This document shows positions 25,613 through 34,894 of a DNA stretch of 53,132 bases, piece by piece (the first letter of the stretch is position 1; each line of letters begins with the position of its first letter). Made by a program: the position numbers and the translations under genes. Below the pieces are notes generated by a model. It saw nothing but the letters and a program-made list of their open reading frames with translations, searched no databases and was not told where the DNA came from. The stretch spans positions 8,885 through 62,016 of the forward strand of contig JBLRXD010000001.1 in the NCBI GenBank assembly GCA_047920935.1. Reading direction: 5' to 3'. This stretch comes from Pseudomonadales bacterium (GTDB taxonomy: Bacteria; Pseudomonadota; Gammaproteobacteria; Pseudomonadales; Azotimanducaceae).

Positions 25613-26344
25613 TCAGCCGTTGACCACCCGGGCTGCCAACGGCGCCGCGGCGGCGGCTTCACGGGCCAGCTCGAGTTGCTGCTCCAGGGCCCGTAGCGAT
25701 GCATTCTGCAACTCGCGCTCGCGCATCAGCCCCTCGATCCGCTGCCGTTCCGCCTCGAGGGCTTGGCGCGCCTGGGCAAGCTCGGTGCCGGGGTCGCTCG
25801 AAGCAGAGCCGTGACCGGGAACGTGGTCGGTGCGCGCAGCGATCGCGGGCTCTGCAGCCGCGGCAGACGCGCCTCCGGCAGACGCGCCTCCGGCAGACGC
25901 GCCTCCGGCAGACGCCTGATTGGCGGATGGGCCGCGAGCCTGTGCCACCTCAGGATCCCCCGGGTGCAGTTCCAGCTCATCGTCTGCAGCCACCGTGCTT
26001 GCTGCGCCGCCTACCCTATCGGCGGCGGCCAAGCGCTTGTTGAGCTCCGCGCAGTTGCGTTCAAGCTCCGCCACCGCCCGATCCCGGGCGGCCAGCTGCT
26101 CGGCATGGTCGGCGAGGGCTTCGTCCCGCGCTCTGAGCTCGCCCCGCAGCCCACCGAGCCGATCCTCTTGCTTGCGCAGCGCGGTCTCCATCTGGGGCAA
26201 TCGGCTTCGAGCCTCCATCAACTGGCGCTCGAGGGTTTCTTCGCGAAGCGTCGCCTGAATGTTGCGCAGCAGCCATCCGGCACCAACGCCGAGGCCGAGG
26301 CTGAGCAATAGATACACAAACATCTTGCCAATCAGGTAGATCAC
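25613..26344 (-). CDS. membrane-anchored coiled-coil protein (unknown function)
   Basis: GTG 26344 overlaps the OmpA-like stop as GTGA. One N-terminal transmembrane segment (FVYLLLSLGLGVGAGWLL) is followed by long heptad-like, Glu/Arg/Ala/Leu-rich segments. Confidence 0.6.
   Translation of the reverse strand: MIYLIGKMFVYLLLSLGLGVGAGWLLRNIQATLREETLERQLMEARSRLPQMETALRKQEDRLGGLRGELRARDEALADHAEQLAARDRAVAELERNCAELNKRLAAADRVGGAASTVAADDELELHPGDPEVAQARGPSANQASAGGASAGGASAGGASAAAAEPAIAARTDHVPGHGSASSDPGTELAQARQALEAERQRIEGLMRERELQNASLRALEQQLELAREAAAAAPLAARVVNG
25862..25918 (-). repeat. in-frame 15-bp tandem repeat (3 units plus a partial) inside the coiled-coil gene
   Basis: ggcagacgcgcctcc x3 followed by ggcagacgcctg, encoding (ASAGG)n. 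Confidence 0.85.
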
Positions 26345-27015
26345 TGGTGGTCCCCCATGACACGAAACTCCAGGCGTCTGTTGGCGCTGCGCCCCTCCTC
26401 GGTAGCATTGTCGGCAACGGGCTGGCTCTTGCCGTAGCCAACCGCCTCGAGGCGGGCGGGATCGACGCCGCTCTGCACCAGATGCCGCACGGCGACTTCC
26501 GCGCGGCGCTGGCTGAGCTTGAGGTTGACGGCGGCGTCGCCGCTGCCGTCGGTGTGTGCGGCGACTTCGAACGCGGCTCCGCAGCCCCGGGCGATACTCG
26601 CCACCATCGCCAGCACGGGAAAGCTCGACTCGGTCAGCTCCGGCCGTCCCGGCTTGAATGTCACGGCGCGATCCTGCAGATACTCGTCCATCTTCCACTG
26701 GCAGGTGCCGGCTTCGCCGATGATGTTGATGCGGTTGTCGACGCCGACCACTCCGGCGATGCCGGCGGCGAGCTCGCTGGCGCGCTGCTTCGCCAGGTAG
26801 TCGGGCGCCGCGCCGCTGAGCACCAGGTGCTGGCCGCGCGCCTCGACGCCGACCCAGAACAGATCCTGACGCTCCACGGCCTGCATGGCGCCAGCGCCGA
26901 TCTCATTCTCGATGGCCGACGCCTCGACGAACACACAGATGAAGGCCAGGCACAGGAACAAAGCGCCGGTGCCCGTGGCGATCTCGAATCGGGAGAAATG
27001 AAAATCCATATCCAC
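26341..27015 (-). CDS. OmpA/MotB-family peptidoglycan-binding protein with BON domain and N-terminal membrane anchor
   Basis: BON-like segment (...GQHLVLSGAAPDYLAKQRASELAAGIAGVVGVDNRI) and OmpA_C motifs (TFKPGRPELT..., HTDGSGDAAVNLKLSQRRAEAV.., GRSANRRLEF). Confidence 0.75.
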   Translation of the reverse strand: MDMDFHFSRFEIATGTGALFLCLAFICVFVEASAIENEIGAGAMQAVERQDLFWVGVEARGQHLVLSGAAPDYLAKQRASELAAGIAGVVGVDNRINIIGEAGTCQWKMDEYLQDRAVTFKPGRPELTESSFPVLAMVASIARGCGAAFEVAAHTDGSGDAAVNLKLSQRRAEVAVRHLVQSGVDPARLEAVGYGKSQPVADNATEEGRSANRRLEFRVMGDHQ

Positions 27016-27102
27016 GTGGAGTAACGCGTTGACTTCAAGTATGGCGAGCCAGACGCGCCGGCAGCGTTAACCAGGTCTCAACCCTGGGCCGCCAGAGGCG
27101 GT

Positions 27103-29787
27103 TCACATGCCGGCAGGGTCGGCCTTGCCGAGATCGAGCCCCGCGCCAGCGGCGAATTCCCGGGCCGCGGCCAGCGATTCGCCGCGCTCGCGCGCCAGCG
27201 TAGCGAGGGCGGCAAAGGCGATCCAGGACGCCGACACCTCGAAGTAGTCGCGCAACTGCGGCCGCCCCTCCGACAAACCGTAGCCATCGGTTCCCAGCAC
27301 CGTATACCGACCGGGCACCCACCGACTGATGCTCATGGGCAGAGCTTTCTGGTAGTCGCTGGCCGCCACGAAGACGCCGCGCTCGGCGGCCAGCAGGCGA
27401 CCCACAAGGGTCTGCTCCGCCCCAGGGCCATCGTCGGCCGCCAGCAGCGCGCGCCGCTCCACGGCCAGGGCCTCCCGGGAAAGTTCGGTGTAGCTGGTGA
27501 CGCTCCAGACGTTGCAGCCGAGGCCACGCTCGCGCAGCAGCGCCGCCGCCTGCAGCACCTCCACCATGATCGCGCCGCTGCCGAACAGGTTCACGGCGGC
27601 GTCGGGGTCCCGTTGAAAGCAATACATGCCTGCCAGCACCCCATCTTCCACCCCCTCGGGCATGGCCGGCTGCTGGTAATTCTGGTTGGTCACCGTCAGG
27701 TAATAGAACACGTCCTGCTGCTCGTGATACATGCGGCGAATGCCGTCGCGGACGATCACGGCAATCTCGAAGGCGAAAGCGGGATCGAAGCTCTTCAGAT
27801 TGGGAATCGTCGAGGCCACCAGGTGCGAGTGCCCGTCCTGATGCTGCACGCCCTCGCCGTTCAGGGTGGTGCGGCCCGAGGTGCCGCCGAGCAGAAAGCC
27901 TTTGCACATCATGTCGCCGCAGGCCCAGATCATGTCCCCCACCCGCTGAAAGCCGAAGATGGAGTAGAAGATGTAGAACGGGATCATCGGCAGGCCGTAG
28001 TTGGCGTAGGCGGTGCCCGCGGCCATGAACGATGCCATGGCCCCGGTCTCGCAGATGCCCTCCTGGAGGATCTGACCGTCCTCCGCTTCCCGATAGGGGG
28101 CGATGGAGCCGGCATCCACCGGGCGGTAGCGTTGCCCGGCCGGTGAGTAGATGCCGGCCTGAGGGAACAGCCCGTCCATGCCGAAGGTGCGGGCCTCGTC
28201 GGGAACGATGGGCACGACGTAGCGGCCGATGTGCTTGTCACGCAGCAGCCTGGAGAGCATGCGGACCACCGCCATGGTGGTGGAGATCTCCCGGCTGGAA
28301 CCGTCGAGCATGTCCTTGAACACCGCCAGCGACGGCGGCTGCAGCGGCGTGAAGCGCACGTCCCGGCTCGGCAGATAGCCGCCCAGCGCGGCGCGCCGTT
28401 CGCGTAAATAGTCGATTTCCTCGGCATCCTCCGGCGGCCGGTAGAAGTCCGCGCGCTCGACGGCCGCCGGCGGCAGCGGAATACCGAGACGTTTCGCCAG
28501 TTCGCGGCGCTCTTCCGGGGTCAGGTACTTCTTCTGATGCACGGTGTTGCTGCCTTCCGCCCCCGGCCCGAGGCCGTCGCCCTTCACCGTCTTCAGCAGG
28601 ATCACGCAGGGCTTGCCCTGAACCTGCCCGGCGTGATGGAAGGCGGCGTAGATCTTGCGATGATCCTGGCCGCCGCGCTTGATGGAGCGGATCTCCTCGT
28701 CGGTGAGGGATTGCATCAGCTCGCGCAGCTCGGGGGCGTTCTCGACCCAATGCTCGCGGACCACGTCACCCGAGGAAACGGTGTACATCTGATAGTCGCC
28801 GTCCACCGCCTGCTCCATGCGTCGCTGCAGCAGGCCGTTGACGTCGCGGTCGAGGATCGCGTCCCAGCCACCGCCCCAGATCACCTTGATCACGTGCCAG
28901 TCGGCGCCCCGGAACGACCGCTCGAGCTCCTGGATGATCTTGCCGTTGCCCCGCACCGGCCCGTCCAGGCGCTGCAGGTTGCAGTTGATCACCAGCACCA
29001 GGTTGTCGAGGCGCTCACGGCTGGCGATGTTCACGGTGCCCAACACCTCTGGCTCGTCCGCCTCGCCGTCGCCGACGAAGGTCCAGATCTTGCCGCCATT
29101 TTTCGGCTTCAGGCCACGGCTCTCGAGGTACTTGGCGAATCTCGCCTGATAGATCGCGCTGGGCGTGGACAACCCCATGCTGGCCGTGGGCATCTGCCAG
29201 AACCAGGGCAGGCGCCGCGGGTGCGGATACGACGGCAACCCGCCCTCGGCCGCCAGCTCGCGGCGGAAATTCCCCAGGCGCTCGGTGCTCAGGCGCCCTT
29301 CGAGCCAGGCGCGGGCGTATACCCCGGGCGAGGTGTGCGCCTGAAAGTGCACCTGGTCGCCACCGTAATCGTCGCTGCGGGCACGGAAAAAGTGGTTGAA
29401 GCCCACCTCCATCATGGTGGCGGCGGATAGATAGGTGGCGATATGACCACCGACGCCGGAGCCGCTGTCGTAGGCCTGCAGCACCATGGCCACCGCGTTC
29501 CAGCGGATGATGTTGCCGATACGGATTTCCAGCTCCAGGTCGCCCGGGTAAGCCGGCTGATCGCGCAGGTCGATGGTGTTCTTGTACGGCGTGTTGAGCG
29601 CGGCGTCGGTGAGCACCAGACCGCGGTGGGAAAGGTGAGCCTGCAGCCGCGCCAGCAGCTCCCGCGCTTCGTCGGCGCTGCGAAAACGCAGCACGCCGTC
29701 CAAGGCGTCGACCCATTCCTGCTGCTCTTCGAGCCAATCGTCCAGCCGCTGTTGACCGCCGTTGTGGATATCCCGGGTGCTGGACAT
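27103..29787 (-). CDS. aceE: pyruvate dehydrogenase E1 component (homodimeric type)
   Basis: 894 aa, with an AceE-type N-terminus, a ThDP-binding region (...GDGEADEPE...) and AceE-like length. Confidence 0.9.
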   Translation of the reverse strand: MSSTRDIHNGGQQRLDDWLEEQQEWVDALDGVLRFRSADEARELLARLQAHLSHRGLVLTDAALNTPYKNTIDLRDQPAYPGDLELEIRIGNIIRWNAVAMVLQAYDSGSGVGGHIATYLSAATMMEVGFNHFFRARSDDYGGDQVHFQAHTSPGVYARAWLEGRLSTERLGNFRRELAAEGGLPSYPHPRRLPWFWQMPTASMGLSTPSAIYQARFAKYLESRGLKPKNGGKIWTFVGDGEADEPEVLGTVNIASRERLDNLVLVINCNLQRLDGPVRGNGKIIQELERSFRGADWHVIKVIWGGGWDAILDRDVNGLLQRRMEQAVDGDYQMYTVSSGDVVREHWVENAPELRELMQSLTDEEIRSIKRGGQDHRKIYAAFHHAGQVQGKPCVILLKTVKGDGLGPGAEGSNTVHQKKYLTPEERRELAKRLGIPLPPAAVERADFYRPPEDAEEIDYLRERRAALGGYLPSRDVRFTPLQPPSLAVFKDMLDGSSREISTTMAVVRMLSRLLRDKHIGRYVVPIVPDEARTFGMDGLFPQAGIYSPAGQRYRPVDAGSIAPYREAEDGQILQEGICETGAMASFMAAGTAYANYGLPMIPFYIFYSIFGFQRVGDMIWACGDMMCKGFLLGGTSGRTTLNGEGVQHQDGHSHLVASTIPNLKSFDPAFAFEIAVIVRDGIRRMYHEQQDVFYYLTVTNQNYQQPAMPEGVEDGVLAGMYCFQRDPDAAVNLFGSGAIMVEVLQAAALLRERGLGCNVWSVTSYTELSREALAVERRALLAADDGPGAEQTLVGRLLAAERGVFVAASDYQKALPMSISRWVPGRYTVLGTDGYGLSEGRPQLRDYFEVSASWIAFAALATLARERGESLAAAREFAAGAGLDLGKADPAGM

Positions 29788-29942
29788 GACCGCTCCGCTC
29801 GCCTCTGACTGAATGATTCGCGCTACCCCAGAGAAACTACGCCAAGGCCGAATTCGGGTCCATCCCCGGCAGGCGCAGCTTCTGGTTTCATTTGATAGAC
29901 TCCACCGCTGAATTGGGCATTTTGAAAGGGGAGTCGAGGGAC

Positions 29943-32192
29943 ATGGTTCGAACCATCATGCTGGCGTGCCTGCTGGCCGCCACCTACGGATGTTCGCCGG
30001 ATTCGGGCGACAGCGCCGCCGGCCTGGCAGCGGAAGCGGCGGCGGCGGGCGGCACGAGCGCTACCGGCACGACGCCGGCCGAGCTGATTCGCCAGAGCAC
30101 GGCCACCATAGACGCGAAGCGCATCGGTGCTGCGGACAGCGAGCCGGGCAACTGGCTCAGTCACGGCCGCAACTACGCTGAAGATCGTTTCAGCCGGCTC
30201 GACCAGATCAACGAGGAGACCATCGGCGAGCTGGGTCTCGCATGGCACTGGGACACCGGGACCACCCGCGGCCTGCAGGCCACACCCATCGTGGTCGACG
30301 GCGTGATGTTCTCCACCGGCTCCTGGTCGGTGGTGTGGGCCCACGACGCCCGAACCGGCGAGCTGATCTGGGAGTACGACCCCCAGGTTCCCCGGGAATG
30401 GGGTCGCCTGGCGTGCTGTGACGTGGTCAACCGCGGCGTCGCCCTGTGGGCCGGCAAGGTCTTCGTCGGCACCATCGACGGGCGCCTGGTAGCACTGGAT
30501 GCCGGCACCGGCGCGCCCGTCTGGGAGGTGCAGACCACCGATCGCGACCAGCCCTACACCATCACCGGCGCGCCCCGGGTAGTGAAAGACAAAGTCATCA
30601 TCGGCAATGGCGGCGCCGAGTACGGTGTGCGTGGTTACGTCACCGCCTACGACACCGCCAGTGGCGAGCAGGCATGGCGCTTCTACACCGTGCCCGGCGA
30701 TCCGTCGAAAGGCTTCGAGGCCCCGCACCTCGAGCACGCGGCTACCACCTGGCGCGGCGGCAAATGGTGGGAAGTAGGCGGGGGCGGCACCGCCTGGGAC
30801 TCCTTCGCCTACGATCCGGAGCTGAACCTGCTGTACATCGGGGTCGGCAACGGCGCGCCCTGGAACCGTTTCATCCGCTCTCCCGGCGGCGGCGACAACC
30901 TGTATCTGTCCTCCATCGTCGCCGTTGATCCGGACGACGGCAGCATGCAGTGGTACTACCAGACCACGCCCGGCGACAATTGGGATTACACCGCCACCCA
31001 GCACATGATTCTCGCCGACATCGCCATCAACGGCGCCACGCGTCAGGTGATCATGCAGGCGCCGAAGAACGGCTTCTTCTATGTCATCGACCGTACCAAT
31101 GGGGAGTTCATCTCCGCGGAAGCCTACGTACCGGTGAACTGGGCCACCCACGTGGATCAGGAGACCGGCCGCCCGGTGGAAAACCCCGAGGTCAATTACG
31201 CCAACGATGCCCAGTTGATCCGTCCGGCGCCCTATGGGGGGCACAACTGGCACCCCATGGCCTACAGCCACGACACCGGCCTGGTCTACATCCCGGCGCT
31301 CGACATCCCGTTCAGCTTCGCCCAGGACAACGCCTTCAAGCACAATCCCGGCGAGTGGAATACCGGGGTGGATCTGGCCCAGACCATTCCGCCCAACGAC
31401 CCGGACGACTTGATCGAGGCGCTGGGCACCGTCAAAGGCCATCTGTCGGCTTGGGATCCGGTAACCCAGAAGGAAGTCTGGCGGGTTCAGCACGACACCT
31501 CCTGGAACGGTGGGCTGTTGAGCACCGCCGGCAACCTGGTCTTCCAGGGGCGCGCAGACGGCCGCTTCGCCGCCTACACGGCAGACACTGGTGACCTGTT
31601 GTGGGAGTTTCCCGCCCACGTGGGGATCATCGCCGCCCCCGTGACCTACAGTGTGGATGGAGAGCAGTACGTCTCCGTGCTGGCAGGCTGGGGCGGCGCC
31701 TTCGCCATGGCCTCCGGCGTTCCACGTCATCGAGACAACGTGCTCTCCCAGGGCAGGATTCTCACCTTCAAGCTCGGCGGCAGTGCCACACTGCCGCCGC
31801 CGAACGTGACCTTCATGGAGATTCCCGAGCCACCGGCCATGGAGACCACCCCCGAGCAGATCGCCACGGGCGAAACCCTCTATCACACCTACTGCGCGGT
31901 CTGTCACGGGCCCGGCGCTGTCGCCAGCGGCGGCGGTACCGCCGACCTGCGTTACTCGACCGCCGGGGTGCACGGGGCGTGGGACGCCATCGTGCGCCAG
32001 GGTGCGCTCACCGGCGCAGGCATGGCCGGATTCGACCACGTGCTGTCAGAGGTGGATTCGCAGGCGGTGCAGGCGTACGTGATCAGTCGGAGCCGTGCAT
32101 CCATCGAGCTGTGCAAGAGCGAGTACCGCAAGAACTACCCGGAGGTTGTGGAAATGGCCTGCGTGATCCCGCAGGAGGCTGCGGCTCGCTGA
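29943..32192 (+). CDS. PQQ-dependent quinohaemoprotein alcohol dehydrogenase (type II, C-terminal cytochrome c domain)
   Basis: PQQ beta-propeller with W-motifs and adjacent Cys residues (LACCDVVNRG). The C-terminal haem site is CAVCHG. From ATG 29943 there is a lipoprotein-type signal peptide (LLAATYGCS). Confidence 0.85.
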   Translation: MVRTIMLACLLAATYGCSPDSGDSAAGLAAEAAAAGGTSATGTTPAELIRQSTATIDAKRIGAADSEPGNWLSHGRNYAEDRFSRLDQINEETIGELGLAWHWDTGTTRGLQATPIVVDGVMFSTGSWSVVWAHDARTGELIWEYDPQVPREWGRLACCDVVNRGVALWAGKVFVGTIDGRLVALDAGTGAPVWEVQTTDRDQPYTITGAPRVVKDKVIIGNGGAEYGVRGYVTAYDTASGEQAWRFYTVPGDPSKGFEAPHLEHAATTWRGGKWWEVGGGGTAWDSFAYDPELNLLYIGVGNGAPWNRFIRSPGGGDNLYLSSIVAVDPDDGSMQWYYQTTPGDNWDYTATQHMILADIAINGATRQVIMQAPKNGFFYVIDRTNGEFISAEAYVPVNWATHVDQETGRPVENPEVNYANDAQLIRPAPYGGHNWHPMAYSHDTGLVYIPALDIPFSFAQDNAFKHNPGEWNTGVDLAQTIPPNDPDDLIEALGTVKGHLSAWDPVTQKEVWRVQHDTSWNGGLLSTAGNLVFQGRADGRFAAYTADTGDLLWEFPAHVGIIAAPVTYSVDGEQYVSVLAGWGGAFAMASGVPRHRDNVLSQGRILTFKLGGSATLPPPNVTFMEIPEPPAMETTPEQIATGETLYHTYCAVCHGPGAVASGGGTADLRYSTAGVHGAWDAIVRQGALTGAGMAGFDHVLSEVDSQAVQAYVISRSRASIELCKSEYRKNYPEVVEMACVIPQEAAAR

Positions 32193-32222
32193 GGGCGGGG
32201 GGAGGAATCGCGCTCTGGAGAG

Positions 32223-32316
32223 CGCTCCCACGGTTCGGGGCGCTCCCACGGTTCGGGGCGCTCCCACGGTTCGGGGCGCTCCCACGGGTCGGGGCGCTCC
32301 CACGGGTCGGGGCGCG
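32223..32316. repeat. 18-bp tandem repeat x5 (plus a partial unit) filling a convergent intergenic gap
   Basis: cgctcccacggttcgggg x3 then cgctcccacgggtcgggg x2 then cgcg. The repeat lies between the alcohol dehydrogenase stop (32192) and the EEP-gene stop (32317). Confidence 0.9.
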
Positions 32317-33255
32317 TTAGCCGAGCATCTCCAGAGTGACGGCGATGGGCAGATGGTCGGAGAGCTGGCAGTCCAGCACTTCGTAGTCGCTGATGCTGAG
32401 CAGCGGTGACACCAGCACGTGATCCAGAGCCCGCAGCGGCCGCCACGCCGGGTAGGTCGGCTGCATCTCTCCCACGGGCCGCAGATCGGTCTCGGCCAGC
32501 GGCGAGTTGAACAGCAGTTGCGACAGATGGCTGTTCATGTCGCCCATGAGCACCACGTGATCTTCCCCGTCGATGAGGTTTCTGACGTACTCGAGTTGCA
32601 GCCGCCGCGAGCGCTCACCCAGGGACAGGTGCAACAGCACCACCAGCACGCTGGTGTCGCCGTAGGGCAGGCGAACGGCAATGGCGCCGCGGCCGGGGAT
32701 CGCTCCGGGGAGCTTGTGATCCTGCATCTCCATGGGCGCGATGCGCGACAACAGCCCGTTGCCATGCTGGGCCAGGGGGCCCAAGTCGCGGTTGAGTTGG
32801 GTGTACCAGTAGGGAAAGCGCGCCTGATCGGCGATGTACTGCACCTGATTGACGTAATTGCTGCGCAGGCTGCCGCTGTCGATCTCCTGCAGCGCCACGA
32901 AGTCGTAACCCGCCACCACCTCGGCGATGCGCTGCAGATTCAGAGTGCGGCCCTGGTGGGGCAGCACGTGCTTCCAGCCTTTGGTGAAGTAATGCCGGTA
33001 CTTGGCCGTGCCGATGCCCACCTGAATGTTGAACGACAGGAAACGCAGCGGCCCCACGCCGGTGTGCATGCTCTGCTCGGACGAGTGACCGGTGGACGTC
33101 AGCAGCGCGGGGGCCACGCGCCTGGCGCCGCGCCTGGACCATGCCAACATGGCGCTCTGCTCCAATGATCGGGCCAGCAGTCTAACCGTCCCGGCGGCGC
33201 CGGTCTGTGGACGGGCTGGCAGATCTGCTGCCGGCCGTTGCCGCTGATTCATCAC
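32317..33255 (-). CDS. endonuclease/exonuclease/phosphatase (EEP) family protein
   Basis: Contains LRFLSFNIQ..., ALQEID..., VLMGDMNS... and LDHVLVS. ATG 33255 overlaps the dsbA stop as ATGA. Confidence 0.75.
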   Translation of the reverse strand: MMNQRQRPAADLPARPQTGAAGTVRLLARSLEQSAMLAWSRRGARRVAPALLTSTGHSSEQSMHTGVGPLRFLSFNIQVGIGTAKYRHYFTKGWKHVLPHQGRTLNLQRIAEVVAGYDFVALQEIDSGSLRSNYVNQVQYIADQARFPYWYTQLNRDLGPLAQHGNGLLSRIAPMEMQDHKLPGAIPGRGAIAVRLPYGDTSVLVVLLHLSLGERSRRLQLEYVRNLIDGEDHVVLMGDMNSHLSQLLFNSPLAETDLRPVGEMQPTYPAWRPLRALDHVLVSPLLSISDYEVLDCQLSDHLPIAVTLEMLG

Positions 33256-33959
33256 CTGGCCCCGGCCAGACTGGCCCCAGCCAGACGGGCAGCGCCGTCA
33301 GCAGCATCCCCAGCGGCGGCGGCCGCAGCCGCGGCGCGACGCTCCGCGACGAGATAGTCGACCACCTCGGTCATGGATGCATTGCCCGCCATGCGGGCGT
33401 CGACGCGATACATACCATCGACGATCATGCTGGGCGTGCCGGTCAGGCGGTAAGCCCGGCCCCGGGCATCCGCCTGCTGCACCCGACCGCGGACGCTGAA
33501 GGAGCGGTAAACCTGGTTGAACTGTTCGCTGGAGACGCCGGCGGATTGTTCGAACACCTCTGCCATGAGCGCCGGATCGACGACGTTCTTACCGCGGTCG
33601 TGGATGGCGCTGAAAATGGCAGCGTGCACTTTGTCCGTCACCCCCAGCGCTTCGGCGGTGTAAAACGCCTGCGCGAGCGCCGCCCACTGCTCGTTGAACG
33701 TCGCGGGCATGCGGTGAAAGTCGACGTGATCGGGGGCCGCGGCGTGCCATTGCTCAATCTCGCGCTGGAAGTTCCGGCAGTGGATGCAGGCGTACGAGAA
33801 CACCTCGATCACCTCGACCTTCTGGGGGTTGCGAGTGTCCACCGCCACCGGAAGGCGCTGATAGTGCACGCCTTCCTCGAATTCGGCCCATACGGGGGAA
33901 GCCAGCACCGGCGCCACCACCATGGCAACGAGCACAGTAAGCAAACGACTACGCAGCAT
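33252..33959 (-). CDS. dsbA: thiol:disulfide interchange protein DsbA
   Basis: From ATG 33959 there is a signal peptide MLRSRLLTVLVAMVVAPVLASPVWA. The active site is CIHC. The C-terminal tail is unusually Ala-rich. Confidence 0.85.
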   Translation of the reverse strand: MLRSRLLTVLVAMVVAPVLASPVWAEFEEGVHYQRLPVAVDTRNPQKVEVIEVFSYACIHCRNFQREIEQWHAAAPDHVDFHRMPATFNEQWAALAQAFYTAEALGVTDKVHAAIFSAIHDRGKNVVDPALMAEVFEQSAGVSSEQFNQVYRSFSVRGRVQQADARGRAYRLTGTPSMIVDGMYRVDARMAGNASMTEVVDYLVAERRAAAAAAAAGDAADGAARLAGASLAGAR

Positions 33960-34178
33960 GAACACCTCGGATGTCCTGAAGAATTGGTTGCTCCGGCCGG
34001 GGTTGTCAGGCGTCACGGCTCAGGGCCGCGCCGCGCTGCAAATACCTCACCGGGTTTTACCTGACGCTAGCGGTTAGACCATGATGAAGCTCAATCGTGC
34101 GCTCGGAAGCGCCACCGTGGAAGCGCCAGCGGGCGCTGCGACCTCGTGCCGCCATCGCCCGAATGAGTCTAGTTCAAG

Positions 34179-34811
34179 CTAGTGCAAACCGCGCAGATAA
34201 TCGGCCAGGGCGGCAATTTCGGTATCGGTGAGCCGGGACGCAATGCTGCGCATCATGCCGCCAAAGCCCTCGTCGGTGACCCGCTGGCCCTCGCGATAGG
34301 CGGTGAGCTGCGCGATGGTGTAGCTTCGTGGCTGACCGGCCACCGAGGGAAAGCCGGCAGGAGCATTGCCATCGCCCATGGGTGAGTGGCAGGCGGCACA
34401 AGCGGCCACGCCTTTTTCGAGGATGCCGCCGCGGTATATGGATTCGGCAAGCGCCAGGGTAGCTTCGTCGGCATCGGCCTGACCGACCACGCCCGGCTGG
34501 GCGGCAAAGTACGCCGCCATATCGGCCAGGTCCTGATCGCTTTTGCCGTTCAGCAGGCCGGTCATCAGCGGAATCACCCGCCGGCCCGCCTGAATAGCCT
34601 GCAACTGGCGCAGCGCATAGGCCTCATTCTGACCCGCCAGCACCGGGTAGGAGGGGTCGATCGGCGCAGCACCGCCCTGACCGTGACACGCCACGCAGGT
34701 AACCGCCAAGGTTTCCCCCGCCGCAGGATCTCCCGCAGCGTTGGCAATCGGAGCGAACAATACTGCCGCAAACATCAGCAGCGCGACCGGCAACGGACCC
34801 ATCAACGTCAT
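34179..34811 (-). CDS. dihaem cytochrome c4
   Basis: Signal peptide and two CxxCH sites (CVACHG, CAACHS). Confidence 0.85.
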   Translation of the reverse strand: MTLMGPLPVALLMFAAVLFAPIANAAGDPAAGETLAVTCVACHGQGGAAPIDPSYPVLAGQNEAYALRQLQAIQAGRRVIPLMTGLLNGKSDQDLADMAAYFAAQPGVVGQADADEATLALAESIYRGGILEKGVAACAACHSPMGDGNAPAGFPSVAGQPRSYTIAQLTAYREGQRVTDEGFGGMMRSIASRLTDTEIAALADYLRGLH

Positions 34812-34894
34812 TCCCGCTATTCGTGGGCGCGGAATTATATACTAACTGCCAGCGAGGCACAGACCACTTGTTCGCACAACAGAGCTTATCGCCC

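Noticed and set aside
26345-26698. 5' extension of the coiled-coil ORF (361-aa model)
   Set aside because: It overlaps the OmpA-like gene in another frame. A GTGA-coupled start at 26344 immediately precedes the transmembrane helix.
29823-32039. 738-aa ORF on the - strand
   Set aside because: It is antisense to the PQQ quinohaemoprotein alcohol dehydrogenase. The sequence is Gly/Val/Asp/His-rich with no recognisable domain, so it is a shadow ORF.
32223-32316. Possible CRISPR array
   Set aside because: The units are directly abutting 18-bp repeats with no spacers. No cas genes or leader are nearby.
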